From NCBI GenBank assembly GCA_963834375.1, contig CAWIBM010000001.1, forward strand, positions 453,864 through 517,863: 64,000 nt of DNA. Reading direction: 5' to 3'. This DNA comes from an uncultured Acidimicrobiia bacterium. Lineage in GTDB: Bacteria; Actinomycetota; Acidimicrobiia; Spongiisociales; UBA5794. Shown here in pieces: positions 9,164 through 18,575 of this stretch (the first letter of the stretch is position 1; each line of letters opens with the position of its first letter). The translations under genes and the position numbers were made by a program. The notes beneath the pieces are model-generated. The model saw only the letters and a program-made list of their open reading frames with translations. It was not told the DNA's origin and searched no databases.

Positions 9164-10978
9164 TCAGCCCTCGACCGGCTCCGTCTCCTCGCGCTCGGCC
9201 TCGCGGGTGAGATCGCGGAAGATCGGGCTGGTCCTCACCAGCTCGTCGTAGCGGCCCCGGGCGACGACCCGGCCCTCGTCCATCACCAGGATGGTGTCGG
9301 CGCGCAGCAGCGCCGGCTTGCGGTGCGACACCACCAGGGCGGTGACCCCGGCATGCTCGGTGAACAGGCGCTGCCAGAGCGTTCGCTCCGTCTCGACGTC
9401 GAGGGCACTCGACAGGTCGTCGATCACCAGCAGCTCGGACCTCCGGGCGAACATGCGGGCGGTGGCGGTGCGCTGCACCTGCCCGCCCGAGAGCCGGACC
9501 CCGAGCGGGCCAACCATCGTGTCGAGCCCCTCCGGCATGGCGGCGAGGTCCTCCTCGAACGCGGAGGCCCGCACCGCTTCGAGGAGCGCCTCGTCGTCGT
9601 CGTCTCGACCGAGCCGGAGGTTGTCCCGCAGCGACAATGAGAACAGGCGGGGGACCTGGGGCACGTACGCCGACCGGGGCGGGACGAAGAAGTCGTCCGG
9701 GTCGGTCACCGGCTCTCCGTTCCAAGTGATCGTCCCACCCTGGGCGGGGAGCAGCCCGAGCATGGCGCGCAGCAGCGTGGTCTTGCCCGCTCCGACCTTG
9801 CCGGTGACAACGGTGAACGAGCCCCGGGGCAGGGTGAACCCGACGTCATCCACCCCGCCGCCGGTCTCCCGGTGGTGGAAGGTGAGCCCGTCAACGGCGA
9901 CAACGTCGAGGAGGTCCCCGGCGGTGACCTGCTCCGGTTCGACATCGGGCAGCTCGCCGGTGAGGTCGAGGTCACGCTTCTCCACCAGGATCATCGGGTC
10001 GGCTCCGCCGAGCATCGCCGCCATCCGGTCGAAGGCGACCCCGGACTGCTTGAACTTGGCGAGGAACAGCCCGACGAAGTACCCGGCGTCGGTGACGAAG
10101 TCGAGGAAGTAGACGAACAGGGTGAAGTCGCCGATCCCGAGCGAGCCGTCCGACAGAGACGAGGCGCCGATGATGAGGATCAGCCCGATCCCGATGTTCA
10201 CCGTGTTCCAGAACACCGACTCGAGGGTGGCGGTGAGCACCCGGTCGCGCACCATGTCCTTCCGCCGCTGGTCGTTGAGCCGGCGGAAGTGGGCCAGCGT
10301 GCTCTCCTCGGCCCCGGCGACCCTGATCGACTGCACCGACCCGAAGGTCTCGCCCAGCATGCCGGTGATCCGGCCGGTGGCGTCGCGGGCGGCCACCCGG
10401 TAGCGCCGGATGCGGCCGCTCATCCGCTCGGCGGTGGCCACCACGATCACCAGCGGGGCGAACACCAGGATGGTGAGCACCGGGTCGATCGACAGCAGGA
10501 TGACGGCGGCGACCGTGGCCAGGGCGGCCGTGCCCGCCATGTCCACCGTCCACGACAGCGCCTCCTCGACGTGGTCGACGTCCTCGCGGTACCGGGTGAT
10601 CATGTCGCCGGGGGACTCGTGCACGGCGTCGGCGCCGGGCGTCTCGTAGAGGCGCTCCAGCATGTTGCGGCGCAGCAACGTGGATGTGCGGAACCCGAAA
10701 TGGACGTCGTTGAGCATCCCGACGGCCATCACCACCAGGCGGGCCAGCCCGTAGGCGAAGAAGGCGGCGATCAGGGTGGTCGGGTTGAACCCGGGCTCGG
10801 CCTCGAGCTGGTTGAAGAACCGGGCGGTGAGCAACCCGGGGATCACCGGGAGCAGCCACATCGTTGTCCACAGGATGACGTTGGCGGCGTACCGCCACGG
10901 GGCGTAGGCGACCATGCCGAGCATCAGGCGCCCGGTCGGGGCCTTGGTTCGATCCTTCTTGGCGTCGGTAGCGGTCAT
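9164..10978 (-). CDS. ABC exporter, fused permease/ATPase half-transporter (type I exporter), subunit 2
   Basis: 604-aa intact ORF. Six-TM region, then GKVGAGKTTLLRAMLG (Walker A), LSGGQVQR and LLVIDDLSSALD. Its start overlaps the stop of the upstream paralog. Confidence 0.9.
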   Translation of the reverse strand: MTATDAKKDRTKAPTGRLMLGMVAYAPWRYAANVILWTTMWLLPVIPGLLTARFFNQLEAEPGFNPTTLIAAFFAYGLARLVVMAVGMLNDVHFGFRTSTLLRRNMLERLYETPGADAVHESPGDMITRYREDVDHVEEALSWTVDMAGTAALATVAAVILLSIDPVLTILVFAPLVIVVATAERMSGRIRRYRVAARDATGRITGMLGETFGSVQSIRVAGAEESTLAHFRRLNDQRRKDMVRDRVLTATLESVFWNTVNIGIGLILIIGASSLSDGSLGIGDFTLFVYFLDFVTDAGYFVGLFLAKFKQSGVAFDRMAAMLGGADPMILVEKRDLDLTGELPDVEPEQVTAGDLLDVVAVDGLTFHHRETGGGVDDVGFTLPRGSFTVVTGKVGAGKTTLLRAMLGLLPAQGGTITWNGEPVTDPDDFFVPPRSAYVPQVPRLFSLSLRDNLRLGRDDDDEALLEAVRASAFEEDLAAMPEGLDTMVGPLGVRLSGGQVQRTATARMFARRSELLVIDDLSSALDVETERTLWQRLFTEHAGVTALVVSHRKPALLRADTILVMDEGRVVARGRYDELVRTSPIFRDLTREAEREETEPVEG

Positions 10979-12727
10979 GCCAGCACCTCCTCGATGCCTG
11001 CCGCCAGCAGGCGGGACAGGCGGGAGTCCGGGTCGGAGGCCAGGTCGAGGCGAGGGCCGTGCTCGACGATCCCCCCCGCCTCCATGATCAGGATGTCGTC
11101 CGCCCTGGTCACCGTCGCCAGCCGGTGGGCGATGATCAGCGCGGTGCGATGGTCGAGCAGCCGGTCGACGGCGCGCTCGATGAGGCCTTCCGTGGCCGGG
11201 TCGAGCCGTGACGACGCCTCATCCATGATCACGACGCCCGGATCCCGCAGGAAGATCCGGGTGAGCGCCAGCAGCTGCGCCTGACCCGCCGACAGGCCGG
11301 AGCCGCCCGACTCGAGCAAGGTGTCGAGCCCCGCCGGTTGGGTGGCCAGCCATCCGCTCAGCCCGAGGGTGTCGATGACGTCGAGGATCCGCCCGTCATC
11401 GACGGCGGAGTCGAAGAAGGTCAGGTTGTCACGGATCGTCGCCCGGAACAGCTGCACGTCCTGGGTGACCATCCCGATGCGGTGGCGCACGCTCTCCCGG
11501 CCGGCCTCGGTCAGCGGCACCCCGCCGACCACGACCGTGCCCGTCTGCGGGTCGTAGAGCCGGGTGAGCAACCGGGCCAGCGTCGTCTTGCCCGAACCGG
11601 TGCGGCCGAGCACGCCGAGGACCCGGCCCGGCTCGATGGCGAAGGACACGTCGTGCAGGACCGGGCCGTCGTCGCCTTCGTCCTCGTAGGAGAACCGGAC
11701 GTGGTCGAGCTCGACCGACAGCGGCCCCGGGGGCAGCGCCCGGTCACCCGTCCAGGTGAGGCGGGCCTCGGTGTCGAACAGCTCCTGCACCCGGGCGATG
11801 CCGGCGCCCGCCTTCTGGAAGTCCTCCATCTGGGTCCGGATCTCGTCCATCGGGTCCCGGGTCATCGAGACGTAGTACCAGATGAGGTACACCGAGCCGA
11901 GCGTCAGGGTGCCGTTCCCGAACAACAGGGAGCCCAGCCAGAACACCAGCGCCGAGCCGACGACGTAGTTGGCGATGTTGGTGCCCCACAGCAGGGCGAA
12001 CCCCATCCGACCCTTCACCTGCTGGGGGAGCCACACCCGCATGATCTCGGTGAAGCGGCGGACCATGTACCGGCTACCGCCGTTGGCGCGGATGTCCTCG
12101 GTGCCGCCGAACTGCTCGCCCGAGAGCCCCGAACAGGACGGCGCTGGTGGCCCGGACCTCCTTCCACCACGGCACGGCGATCACCTGGAGCCTGAGCATC
12201 AGGAACAGGGCGACCGACGTGAAGGCGGTGACGCCGAAGCCCACCCACACGTTCTCCCGCCACAGCAGCACGAGGATGCCGAGCAGGAGCACCGCGTTGC
12301 CGACCACCTTGATGATGAAGGCCGAGAAGAAGTTGGAGAGGGCGATGACGTCGCCGTCGATCCGCTCGATCAACTCACCGGGGGTGTGGGCCTTGTGGAA
12401 CCCCATGTCCAGCTCGAGCACGTGCTCGGTCACCTCGGCGCGCAGTTCGTTGGTGGCCGACCATCCGACGTACTCGGCCAGCCAGGTGGCGGTCACCGCC
12501 AGCAACTGGTGGGCGACGGCGATCACCATGAAGGCGACCGCCAGCGGCACCAGGTCGTCGACGTCGGTGCCCGTCGTGACCCGGTCGATGATCTCGGCGA
12601 CGATCTGCGGGTTGAGGAGCTGGAGCGTGATGGCGACGAGCAGCACCACGCCGAGCGCCAGCGCCCGCCAGCGGAGCGGACGCAGGTACTTGGTCAGCAG
12701 GTTGAAGTAGGCACGTACCGGGATCAT
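10975..12727 (-). CDS. ABC exporter, fused permease/ATPase half-transporter, subunit 1; one frame change near 12070-12130
   Basis: The N-terminal TMD is in ORF 12074..12796 (MIPVRAYFNLLTKYLRPLRW from the ATG at 12727). The rest is in ORF 10975..12066 (GRTGSGKTTLARLL, LSAGQAQL, VIMDEASSRLD). Together they form a heterodimeric exporter pair. Confidence 0.85.
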
Positions 12728-13043
12728 GGGACTCTCGGGTGTCGGTCGACGTCGAGGACGTCGGCGTGGTGAGTGGGTCGTGGGGGCGCAGTTCACCCCC
12801 GGGGCGCTCGGTGAGGCGCTAACCCAGCCGCGGGGAGGCTCCGGGGCGCAGCGCCGCAGTGCCGAGCATGTTGGGCGGCAACATCGCGCGAACCTCCTCC
12901 CGCATCCGACAACCGGCGGTGGCCCGGTCGACCACCTGTTCCCGGTCCGGCCGGAACCTCTGGGGCGAGAGCTGCGCCTGAGCGCGCGCCTCTGTCCGTC
13001 AGCGGTTCACGACCGGGGCCACTGTGCCACCGGGCGGTCCGGG

Positions 13044-13170
13044 GTGTCAAGGATGTTTGCCCGGGCCGACCTCGGCGGCACTGCGTCGATACAAACGGCA
13101 CCGAACGACGCCCGGTCGGCCCTCCTCCGCACATGGGGCCCCTACCCCATGGCGGCCGTACGTGTTGCCA
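13044..13170. repeat. Copy A of a dispersed palindromic intergenic element (~125 nt)
   Basis: Shares tgcccgggccgac ... tcggccctcctcc ... c(a)catggggcccctaccccatg ... ggccgt..gtgtt.gc with 16955-17085 and 56311-56441. Core hairpin ccgcacatgggg/ccccatggcgg at 13127-13155. Lies just downstream of the DUF2332 stop. Confidence 0.8.
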
Positions 13171-13193
13171 GGTTCCGCGGCGAGGACAGGAGG

Positions 13194-14267
13194 TCAGCCC
13201 CGGTCGGAGATCTCCAGCCACCTGACCCAGCGGCCGTGGGCCTCCACCTCGGCGAGGGTGAGGTGGACGTCCTGGGGCCATACCGACAGGCTCAGCTCGA
13301 AGGAGCGTGGCGCCGGCTCCATCCGCAGCCATGCCACCGGCGCCCGCCGGGTCGCCGACTTCCCGGCGGCCCGGACCGTGGTGAGCACCTGGTGGCGTTC
13401 GGCGGCGGTGAGGTACTGGGTGACGATCGACTGCATGACCACGGTGACCGCACCCGGATAAGGGTGGGCGAGACGGTCGGTCAGCCAGTCGGATGCGTGT
13501 TCGGGGTCCACCGGCGCCGGGTCGGACCGGGCGAGCTCGACGGCTCGCCGGAGCCTGACGAACCGGTCGAGCTGGTCCGGCCACACGTAGGACAGGAGCC
13601 GCTCGACGTCATCCGGGTCGGTGACGTCGAGCGGGATGAGGTCGCAGCCGCGGCGCGCGGCGATCTCGACCGGGCGGTCCAGAGAAGGAGCCGGCCCCGA
13701 CCACTCCGAGGCAACGGTGACCGGGCTCGAAGGGGGGCCGTACTCGAGGCCGTCGCCGAGCTCGTAGCGGAACCGGTCGAGGAGCAGGTTGAGCCCGGCG
13801 CTGGCCCCGATCTCGAGCAGGCGGATCGGCATGCCCAGCATGGCGGTCACCTCCAGCAGGCCACCGAGTAGCGGTGCGGCCCGCCCGATCTCGTTGGTCT
13901 GCGGGGCCCGGTTGAGGGCCGTCTTGACCGCCACCGGATGTGCCCGCACCGCCTCGAAGAACTCGGCGGTGCAGCCGGGCCAGGTGGGACGGCCGCCGGC
14001 GCTCGGATAGTGGAAGGCGAGGCCGGGGGCGTCGCCTCGGAGCACGATCCGGTGGACACCGCCGAGCAGGCGGAGCGGGACGGCGTCGGTCACCGGGTCG
14101 GTCTCCCATTCGCCCACCAGCGGGGTCAGCTCACCGCCGCCGGCCAGGTCATCGGCGACGGCGAGCAGCAACCTGCGGTAGAGGTCGGAGCCCAGCTTGC
14201 CGCAGGCCGCCGACTGCAGCCTGAAGGCGTGAATTGTGTCCACCCCGAGGGAAGTGTGCCACAACAC
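13194..14267 (-). CDS. DUF2332 family protein
   Basis: 357-aa intact ORF. My recollection of the DUF2332 family pattern: LYRRLL..ADDL...PLRLLGGVHRIVL...LLEIGASAGLNLLLDRF...WLRMEP. The family assignment comes from memory of this pattern and was not searched. Confidence 0.6.
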   Translation of the reverse strand: MLWHTSLGVDTIHAFRLQSAACGKLGSDLYRRLLLAVADDLAGGGELTPLVGEWETDPVTDAVPLRLLGGVHRIVLRGDAPGLAFHYPSAGGRPTWPGCTAEFFEAVRAHPVAVKTALNRAPQTNEIGRAAPLLGGLLEVTAMLGMPIRLLEIGASAGLNLLLDRFRYELGDGLEYGPPSSPVTVASEWSGPAPSLDRPVEIAARRGCDLIPLDVTDPDDVERLLSYVWPDQLDRFVRLRRAVELARSDPAPVDPEHASDWLTDRLAHPYPGAVTVVMQSIVTQYLTAAERHQVLTTVRAAGKSATRRAPVAWLRMEPAPRSFELSLSVWPQDVHLTLAEVEAHGRWVRWLEISDRG

Positions 14268-14280
14268 CGCCTCGTCGGTG

Positions 14281-14299
14281 CCGGCGGGACCACCGCCGG
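14281..14299 (-). terminator. Intercistronic GC hairpin between the hydrolase and DUF2332 genes (possible attenuator or terminator)
   Basis: ccggcgg-gacca-ccgccgg: a perfect 7-bp stem with a 5-nt loop and no U-tract. Such hairpins are common in GC-rich DNA. Confidence 0.2.
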
Positions 14300-14311
14300 T
14301 CGGGTGGGCGC

Positions 14312-15232
14312 TCAGGTCGACGGCAGGGTGACGGTCCGGCGGTCGGGTATCGAGTGCTGCCAGTCGGCGAGCAACGTGCGCACCGCGGCAACGAACGCCA
14401 GCGGCTGGTCGAGCAGCAGGTGATGGTGAGCCTCGGGAATCGAGACGACCGGTGCGTTCCGCCCCATCAGCTCGTACATGTAGTCGGCGATGTCAGGTGG
14501 GACCACCACGCTGCGGTCCCCCCGCAGCAGAGCCACCCGGCACCCCGCCGCGGCGAGTTGGTCGCGCAACGGGCTGAGGGCCCGGCGGAAGAGGTTCGGG
14601 TCGAACTTCCAGGTCCAGCCCGCCTCGGTCTGGTGGAGGGACCAGCGGGCGATGTGGTCGATGATCCACGGGTTGTCGTTGGGCTGCTCGGGGATCAGCC
14701 TGAAGTGGGTGAGCGCCGCGCCCAGGTCGGGATAGACCCCCGGGGTGCGGAACGCGTTACCACCGCGCCCCTCCTCTGACTCGGGGTCCGGTCGCCGTAC
14801 CGGCGAGTCGACGATGACCGCGCCCGCCAGCCGATCGCCATACCGGTAGGCGGCCATGATGGTGACCATCCCCCCCAGGCTGTGCCCGACGACCACCGGT
14901 GGCCCGGTGAAGCCGGCCGACTCGGCCACCGCCATGACCTCGTCGGACCACGTCTCGTGGCCGTATTCCGAACGGTGGCCGCTGTCGCCGTGCCCGCTGA
15001 GGTCGAGGGCGACCACGTGCCAGTCTTCGGCGAAGAAGGGCCCGAGGAAGGTCCACCAGTGTGCGTGGGCGGCGCCTCCGTGGACGAGCACCAGCCCGGG
15101 CAGCCCGGGGGTCCCCCAATCGAGATAGTGGATCGGGACGCCGGCAACCTCGACGACGTGGTCGGTGAAGTGGGCGGCCAGGCTCTCCTCGAACCAGTCG
15201 GGGACCGGGCCGGTGACCGGGCGCCAGGTCAC
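14312..15232 (-). CDS. Alpha/beta-fold hydrolase
   Basis: Only the C-terminal third of track ORF 14312..17035 is real: VTWRPVTGPVPDW...LVLVHGGAAHAHWW...VVGHSLGGMV (G-x-S-x-G)...PEAHHHLLLDQP. The GTG at 15232 overlaps the upstream stop (GTGA). Confidence 0.85.
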   Translation of the reverse strand: MTWRPVTGPVPDWFEESLAAHFTDHVVEVAGVPIHYLDWGTPGLPGLVLVHGGAAHAHWWTFLGPFFAEDWHVVALDLSGHGDSGHRSEYGHETWSDEVMAVAESAGFTGPPVVVGHSLGGMVTIMAAYRYGDRLAGAVIVDSPVRRPDPESEEGRGGNAFRTPGVYPDLGAALTHFRLIPEQPNDNPWIIDHIARWSLHQTEAGWTWKFDPNLFRRALSPLRDQLAAAGCRVALLRGDRSVVVPPDIADYMYELMGRNAPVVSIPEAHHHLLLDQPLAFVAAVRTLLADWQHSIPDRRTVTLPST

Positions 15233-16938
15233 GGGGCCTGGGTGATCTCGTCGGGGAGAGGGAACCAGCGGAGGTACTCGAAGTCTGCGGACGCCTCCAT
15301 CCGGTCCATCGCCGGCGGCGGAGGGTCGTCGGCGAGCCGCCCGAACAGCGTGGCGGCGTCCGCCAGGTAGCCGCCGAGGTCGTCGTCGGAGTGGCTGGCA
15401 ACGGTTTCCCGTCGCCACCGCATCCTGCCCTCCTCGTAACCGATGGAGTCGAGGCTGAAGGCGGGCTCGGGGGTCGGCCCGCGGTGCCGCCACAGCCCGC
15501 TGGAGGGTTCGAAGGTGTAGAAGGGGAGCAGTCGCCACCCGTTCGTGGCCACCTGGTCGACGGCGGCGACGACGAACGAGAACACCGCCTCCGAGATGAA
15601 GTAGTTGAAGTTGACCCGCACCCATCCCGGCTTTATCCCGGAGCACCCTTCGACGATCTGCCGCTCGATCGCATGGGACGTCTCCATGTCGATGCCGAGC
15701 AGGATGTGCCCGTACGGGCCGGCGCAGGAGCAGCCACCCCTCGACTGGATGCCGAACAGGTCGTTGAGCACCGCCACCACGAAGTTGTGGTGGAGCCGTT
15801 GCTCGCCGTGGCGCACCACGAAGGACACGATGGAGAGCCGCTCGGCGTCGTGGTTGCCGAGGACGTCGATGGCGGGGTTGGCCGACCACGAGGCGACGGC
15901 CCTGGCGACGAATGACTCCTCCCGTTGCCTGATCGCATCGACCCCCACCGCCTCCTTGAGCTGGAACACCAGCCCGGCACGGATCGACCCGACGATGTCC
16001 GGGGTCCCTCCCTCCTCGCGCATCTCGATGTCGTCGAGATAGAGGTGCTCGATCGAGTTGACGAACGAGATGGTCCCGCCGCCGGGCACTGCGGGGACCC
16101 GGTTGGTGAACAGCTCCTTGCGGGCGACGAGCAGACCAGGCGTGCCCGGGCCGCCGATCAGCTTGTGTGGGGACAGCATGACGGCGTCGAGGTAGGAGAG
16201 GTTGCCTTCCGTTGCGGTGCCCATGTCGATGCCGACATACGGGGCGGCGGCGGCATAGTCCCAGAACGACAAGGCGCCGTGGCGGTGGAGCATGGTGGAG
16301 ATGGCGACGACGTCGCTCATGATCCCGGTCACGTTCGACGCTGCCGAGAAGGACCCGATCCGCAGCGGCCGGTCGGCGTAGGTGGTCAGCTCCTTCTCCA
16401 GCACGGCGAGGTCGATGTGGCCGTCGGCGTCCTCGGGGATCGTGATCAACTCGGCGATCGACTCCCGCCATGGCAGCTCGTTCGAATGGTGCTCGTAGGG
16501 ACCGATGAACACCACCGGCCTCTCGTCGGCGGGGATGCGGTCGATCAGGGCGTAGCGGTCGTCGAGGTTGGCCGGTATCCGCAGCCCGAGCACCCCGATC
16601 AGCTTGTCGATCGCCCCGGTCATCCCCGAGCCGCAGAAGAGCACGGCGTGCTCGTCGCCGGCTCCGAGGCAGCGGCGGATGATGTTCCGTGCCTCCTCGC
16701 GCAGCCGGGTGGTCTGCAACCCGGTGCCCGACGACTCGGTGTGGGTGTTGGCATACAACGGGAGCACTGCTTCGTCGATGAACTCCTCGATGAAGGCGAG
16801 CGCCCGGCCCGACGCCGTGTAGTCGGCGTAGGTGACCCGGTGGGGGCCGAATGGGCCGTCGACGGCGACGTCGTCGCCGATCACGGCCGCTCGGATCGTC
16901 TCGATGAGGGCGGCGCTGTCCGGTGGCGGTGGGCTCAC
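15229..16938 (-). CDS. Class V-fold PLP-dependent aminotransferase / cysteine-desulfurase-like enzyme with a ~150-aa C-terminal extension
   Basis: 569-aa intact ORF: YANTHTESSGTG...FCGSGMTGAI...FIGPYEHHSN...GSFSAASNVTG...LSPHKLIGGPGTPGLL. Confidence 0.8.
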   Translation of the reverse strand: MSPPPPDSAALIETIRAAVIGDDVAVDGPFGPHRVTYADYTASGRALAFIEEFIDEAVLPLYANTHTESSGTGLQTTRLREEARNIIRRCLGAGDEHAVLFCGSGMTGAIDKLIGVLGLRIPANLDDRYALIDRIPADERPVVFIGPYEHHSNELPWRESIAELITIPEDADGHIDLAVLEKELTTYADRPLRIGSFSAASNVTGIMSDVVAISTMLHRHGALSFWDYAAAAPYVGIDMGTATEGNLSYLDAVMLSPHKLIGGPGTPGLLVARKELFTNRVPAVPGGGTISFVNSIEHLYLDDIEMREEGGTPDIVGSIRAGLVFQLKEAVGVDAIRQREESFVARAVASWSANPAIDVLGNHDAERLSIVSFVVRHGEQRLHHNFVVAVLNDLFGIQSRGGCSCAGPYGHILLGIDMETSHAIERQIVEGCSGIKPGWVRVNFNYFISEAVFSFVVAAVDQVATNGWRLLPFYTFEPSSGLWRHRGPTPEPAFSLDSIGYEEGRMRWRRETVASHSDDDLGGYLADAATLFGRLADDPPPPAMDRMEASADFEYLRWFPLPDEITQAP

Positions 16939-16954
16939 CCTGCCAAGAGTAGTT

Positions 16955-17085
16955 GGGGGAGTCCTGTGATATGCCCGGGCCGACTCCGGTCTGCACTAAC
17001 TCAACGACACCCGCGCCCGTCGGCCCTCCTCCCACAGATGGGGCCCCTACCCCATCGTGGGCCGTGTGTTTGCGTAGCCGTCAGG
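16955..17085. repeat. Copy B of the dispersed palindromic intergenic element
   Basis: atgcccgggccgac...tcggccctcctcccacagatggggcccctaccccatcgtgggccgtgtgtttgcg. Hairpin at 17031-17061. Lies just downstream of the Ogt/Ada gene stop. Confidence 0.8.
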
Positions 17086-17098
17086 CGCAGCTGAGCCA

Positions 17099-17902
17099 CT
17101 AACCGGTGGCGGCGGTGAGTGCCGTCGGGACGGGGGGACGGCAGACCTTGCACGCCCGGTACCCGGCGGCGACGGCATCCCGATCCGAGCGGAACTCCAC
17201 CCGGTGATGGGGAGTGATCCGCTTGGCGTGGCGGCAGGTGGGCCAGCAGTAGATCGAGGTGGTGTCGCTCCCGGTGAGGCGCACGCCCCTCTCGGCGTCG
17301 GCCTCCAGGCGGTCGGGGTCGAGGCCTTCGTGGGTGAGCAGGTCCCGCTTCATCTCCGGCCCGAACCCGTACTGGCCCATCGAGCCGTCTCCGCGGTTGA
17401 CCCGGTGGCAGGGGATGAGGATCGGCACCGGGTTCCGGTTGAGGGCCGTCCCGACAGCACGGGTCGACCCCGGCTTCCCGATCTCCCGCGCCACCCAGCC
17501 GTAGGGGCGGAGCTCGCCGGGTGGGATCTCGGCGGTCTTGCGCAGCACCGCCTGCTGGAACTCGGAGAGCCCGGACAGGTCGACCGGGAGCGACCCCAGC
17601 CGGCCGGTGTCGAGCGCCCGGCGCACCCTTCCGGCGAGGGAGCGGGGGAGGGAGTCGACGGTGACGTAGGGCCGGGTGGAGCGGCGGGCGACGTACTCGG
17701 CGAACCGCTCTTCGGGCACCAGCCCGCTGACCCCGGCGTCGGTGAAGAAGACCCGCACCGGGCCGAGGGGGCCGGCGACCGTGGCCACCCTGTCGGCGAG
17801 GCCGACGGCGAGCATGATCCCGGTGGCGACGTGGTCGGGGGTCGGCTCGACCAGCCCGGCGAGCGAGGCGGCGATCGTGGACTCGGTAACGGGCATGGTC
17901 AT
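17099..17902 (-). CDS. Methylated-DNA--protein-cysteine methyltransferase (Ogt/MGMT) domain fused to a C-terminal Ada-type zinc-binding domain
   Basis: 267-aa intact ORF. MGMT helix and active site: YGWVAREIGKPGSTRAVGTALNRNPVPILIPCHRV. C-terminus: IYCWPTCRHAKRITPHHRVEFRSDRDAVAAGYRACKVCRP (C-x3-C...C-x2-C, as in the N-terminal domain of Ada). The ATG overlaps the sigma gene stop (ATGA). Confidence 0.8.
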   Translation of the reverse strand: MTMPVTESTIAASLAGLVEPTPDHVATGIMLAVGLADRVATVAGPLGPVRVFFTDAGVSGLVPEERFAEYVARRSTRPYVTVDSLPRSLAGRVRRALDTGRLGSLPVDLSGLSEFQQAVLRKTAEIPPGELRPYGWVAREIGKPGSTRAVGTALNRNPVPILIPCHRVNRGDGSMGQYGFGPEMKRDLLTHEGLDPDRLEADAERGVRLTGSDTTSIYCWPTCRHAKRITPHHRVEFRSDRDAVAAGYRACKVCRPPVPTALTAATG

Positions 17903-18528
17903 CGCGGCTCCTGTGTCTCGTTCTCGATCATCTGGCGGAGGCGTTCGATCCCCCGGTGGACGTCGGACTTGACCGTCCCCACCGGGCGGTCGACGGTGGC
18001 GGCGATCTCGGCGTAGCCCAGGCCACCGACGTGGCGGAGCAGCACCGCGGTGCGCACGTGGTCGGCCAGCGTCGCCAACCGTCGTTGCCAGGCATCGTCG
18101 ACGAGGTCGAGCGCCTCCATCTCGGTCGACCCGGGATCGGTGGGATGGTGGTCGTCGGTCAGTGAAGTGGTGGCGGGCCGTCGCCCCCGGCCCCGGGCGC
18201 GGTTACGGCAGAGGTTCAGGGCGATCGTCCACAGCCAGGGCCGCAGCCTGAGCTCGGAGACCTGGTTTGCCGGGTAGCGGCCGAGCGCCTGGTACGCCCG
18301 GATGAACGTCTCCTGCGTGATGTCTTCGGCGTCGGGCCGGTTGCCGGTCAGCCGGAGCACCGAGGAGAACACCGGCGACGACAGGGTGTCGACCAGCTCG
18401 GGGAAGGCCGCCTCGCGCCCCGCCGCCAGCCGGCGGGCCAGCGGGCGCAGCGGGTCGCCGCTCATGGCGTCACCGCCGTCGCCCCCCTCGTCGGGCCTCG
18501 GTATCGTCAACAGTTGGGTATCGGTCAT
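17899..18528 (-). CDS. ECF-type RNA polymerase sigma-70 factor
   Basis: 209-aa intact ORF. Region 2: DAEDITQETFIRAYQAL...RPWLWTIALNLCRN. Region 4: LLRHVGGLGYAEIAATVDRPVGTVKSDVHRGIERLR. Confidence 0.9.
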   Translation of the reverse strand: MTDTQLLTIPRPDEGGDGGDAMSGDPLRPLARRLAAGREAAFPELVDTLSSPVFSSVLRLTGNRPDAEDITQETFIRAYQALGRYPANQVSELRLRPWLWTIALNLCRNRARGRGRRPATTSLTDDHHPTDPGSTEMEALDLVDDAWQRRLATLADHVRTAVLLRHVGGLGYAEIAATVDRPVGTVKSDVHRGIERLRQMIENETQEPR

Positions 18529-18575
18529 TCACCAGGAAGAACCCCGCCGGCGGGCGATCGGTTGCAGCTGGCCCC

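Noticed and set aside
12819-12905. A 28-codon minus-strand ORF (MREEVRAMLPPNMLGTAALRPGASPRLG) upstream of the ABC exporter pair, considered as a leader or RiPP-precursor peptide.
   Set aside because: It has no Shine-Dalgarno sequence, no Cys/Ser/Thr-rich core, and no modification enzymes nearby. It is indistinguishable from chance in GC-rich sequence.
14312-17035. A 907-aa ORF covering both the hydrolase and the aminotransferase region.
   Set aside because: Only the last ~306 codons (from the GTG at 15232) give a sensible alpha/beta hydrolase. The upstream part is an Arg/Pro-rich alternate frame of the class V aminotransferase gene, which is intact in its own frame (15229-16938).
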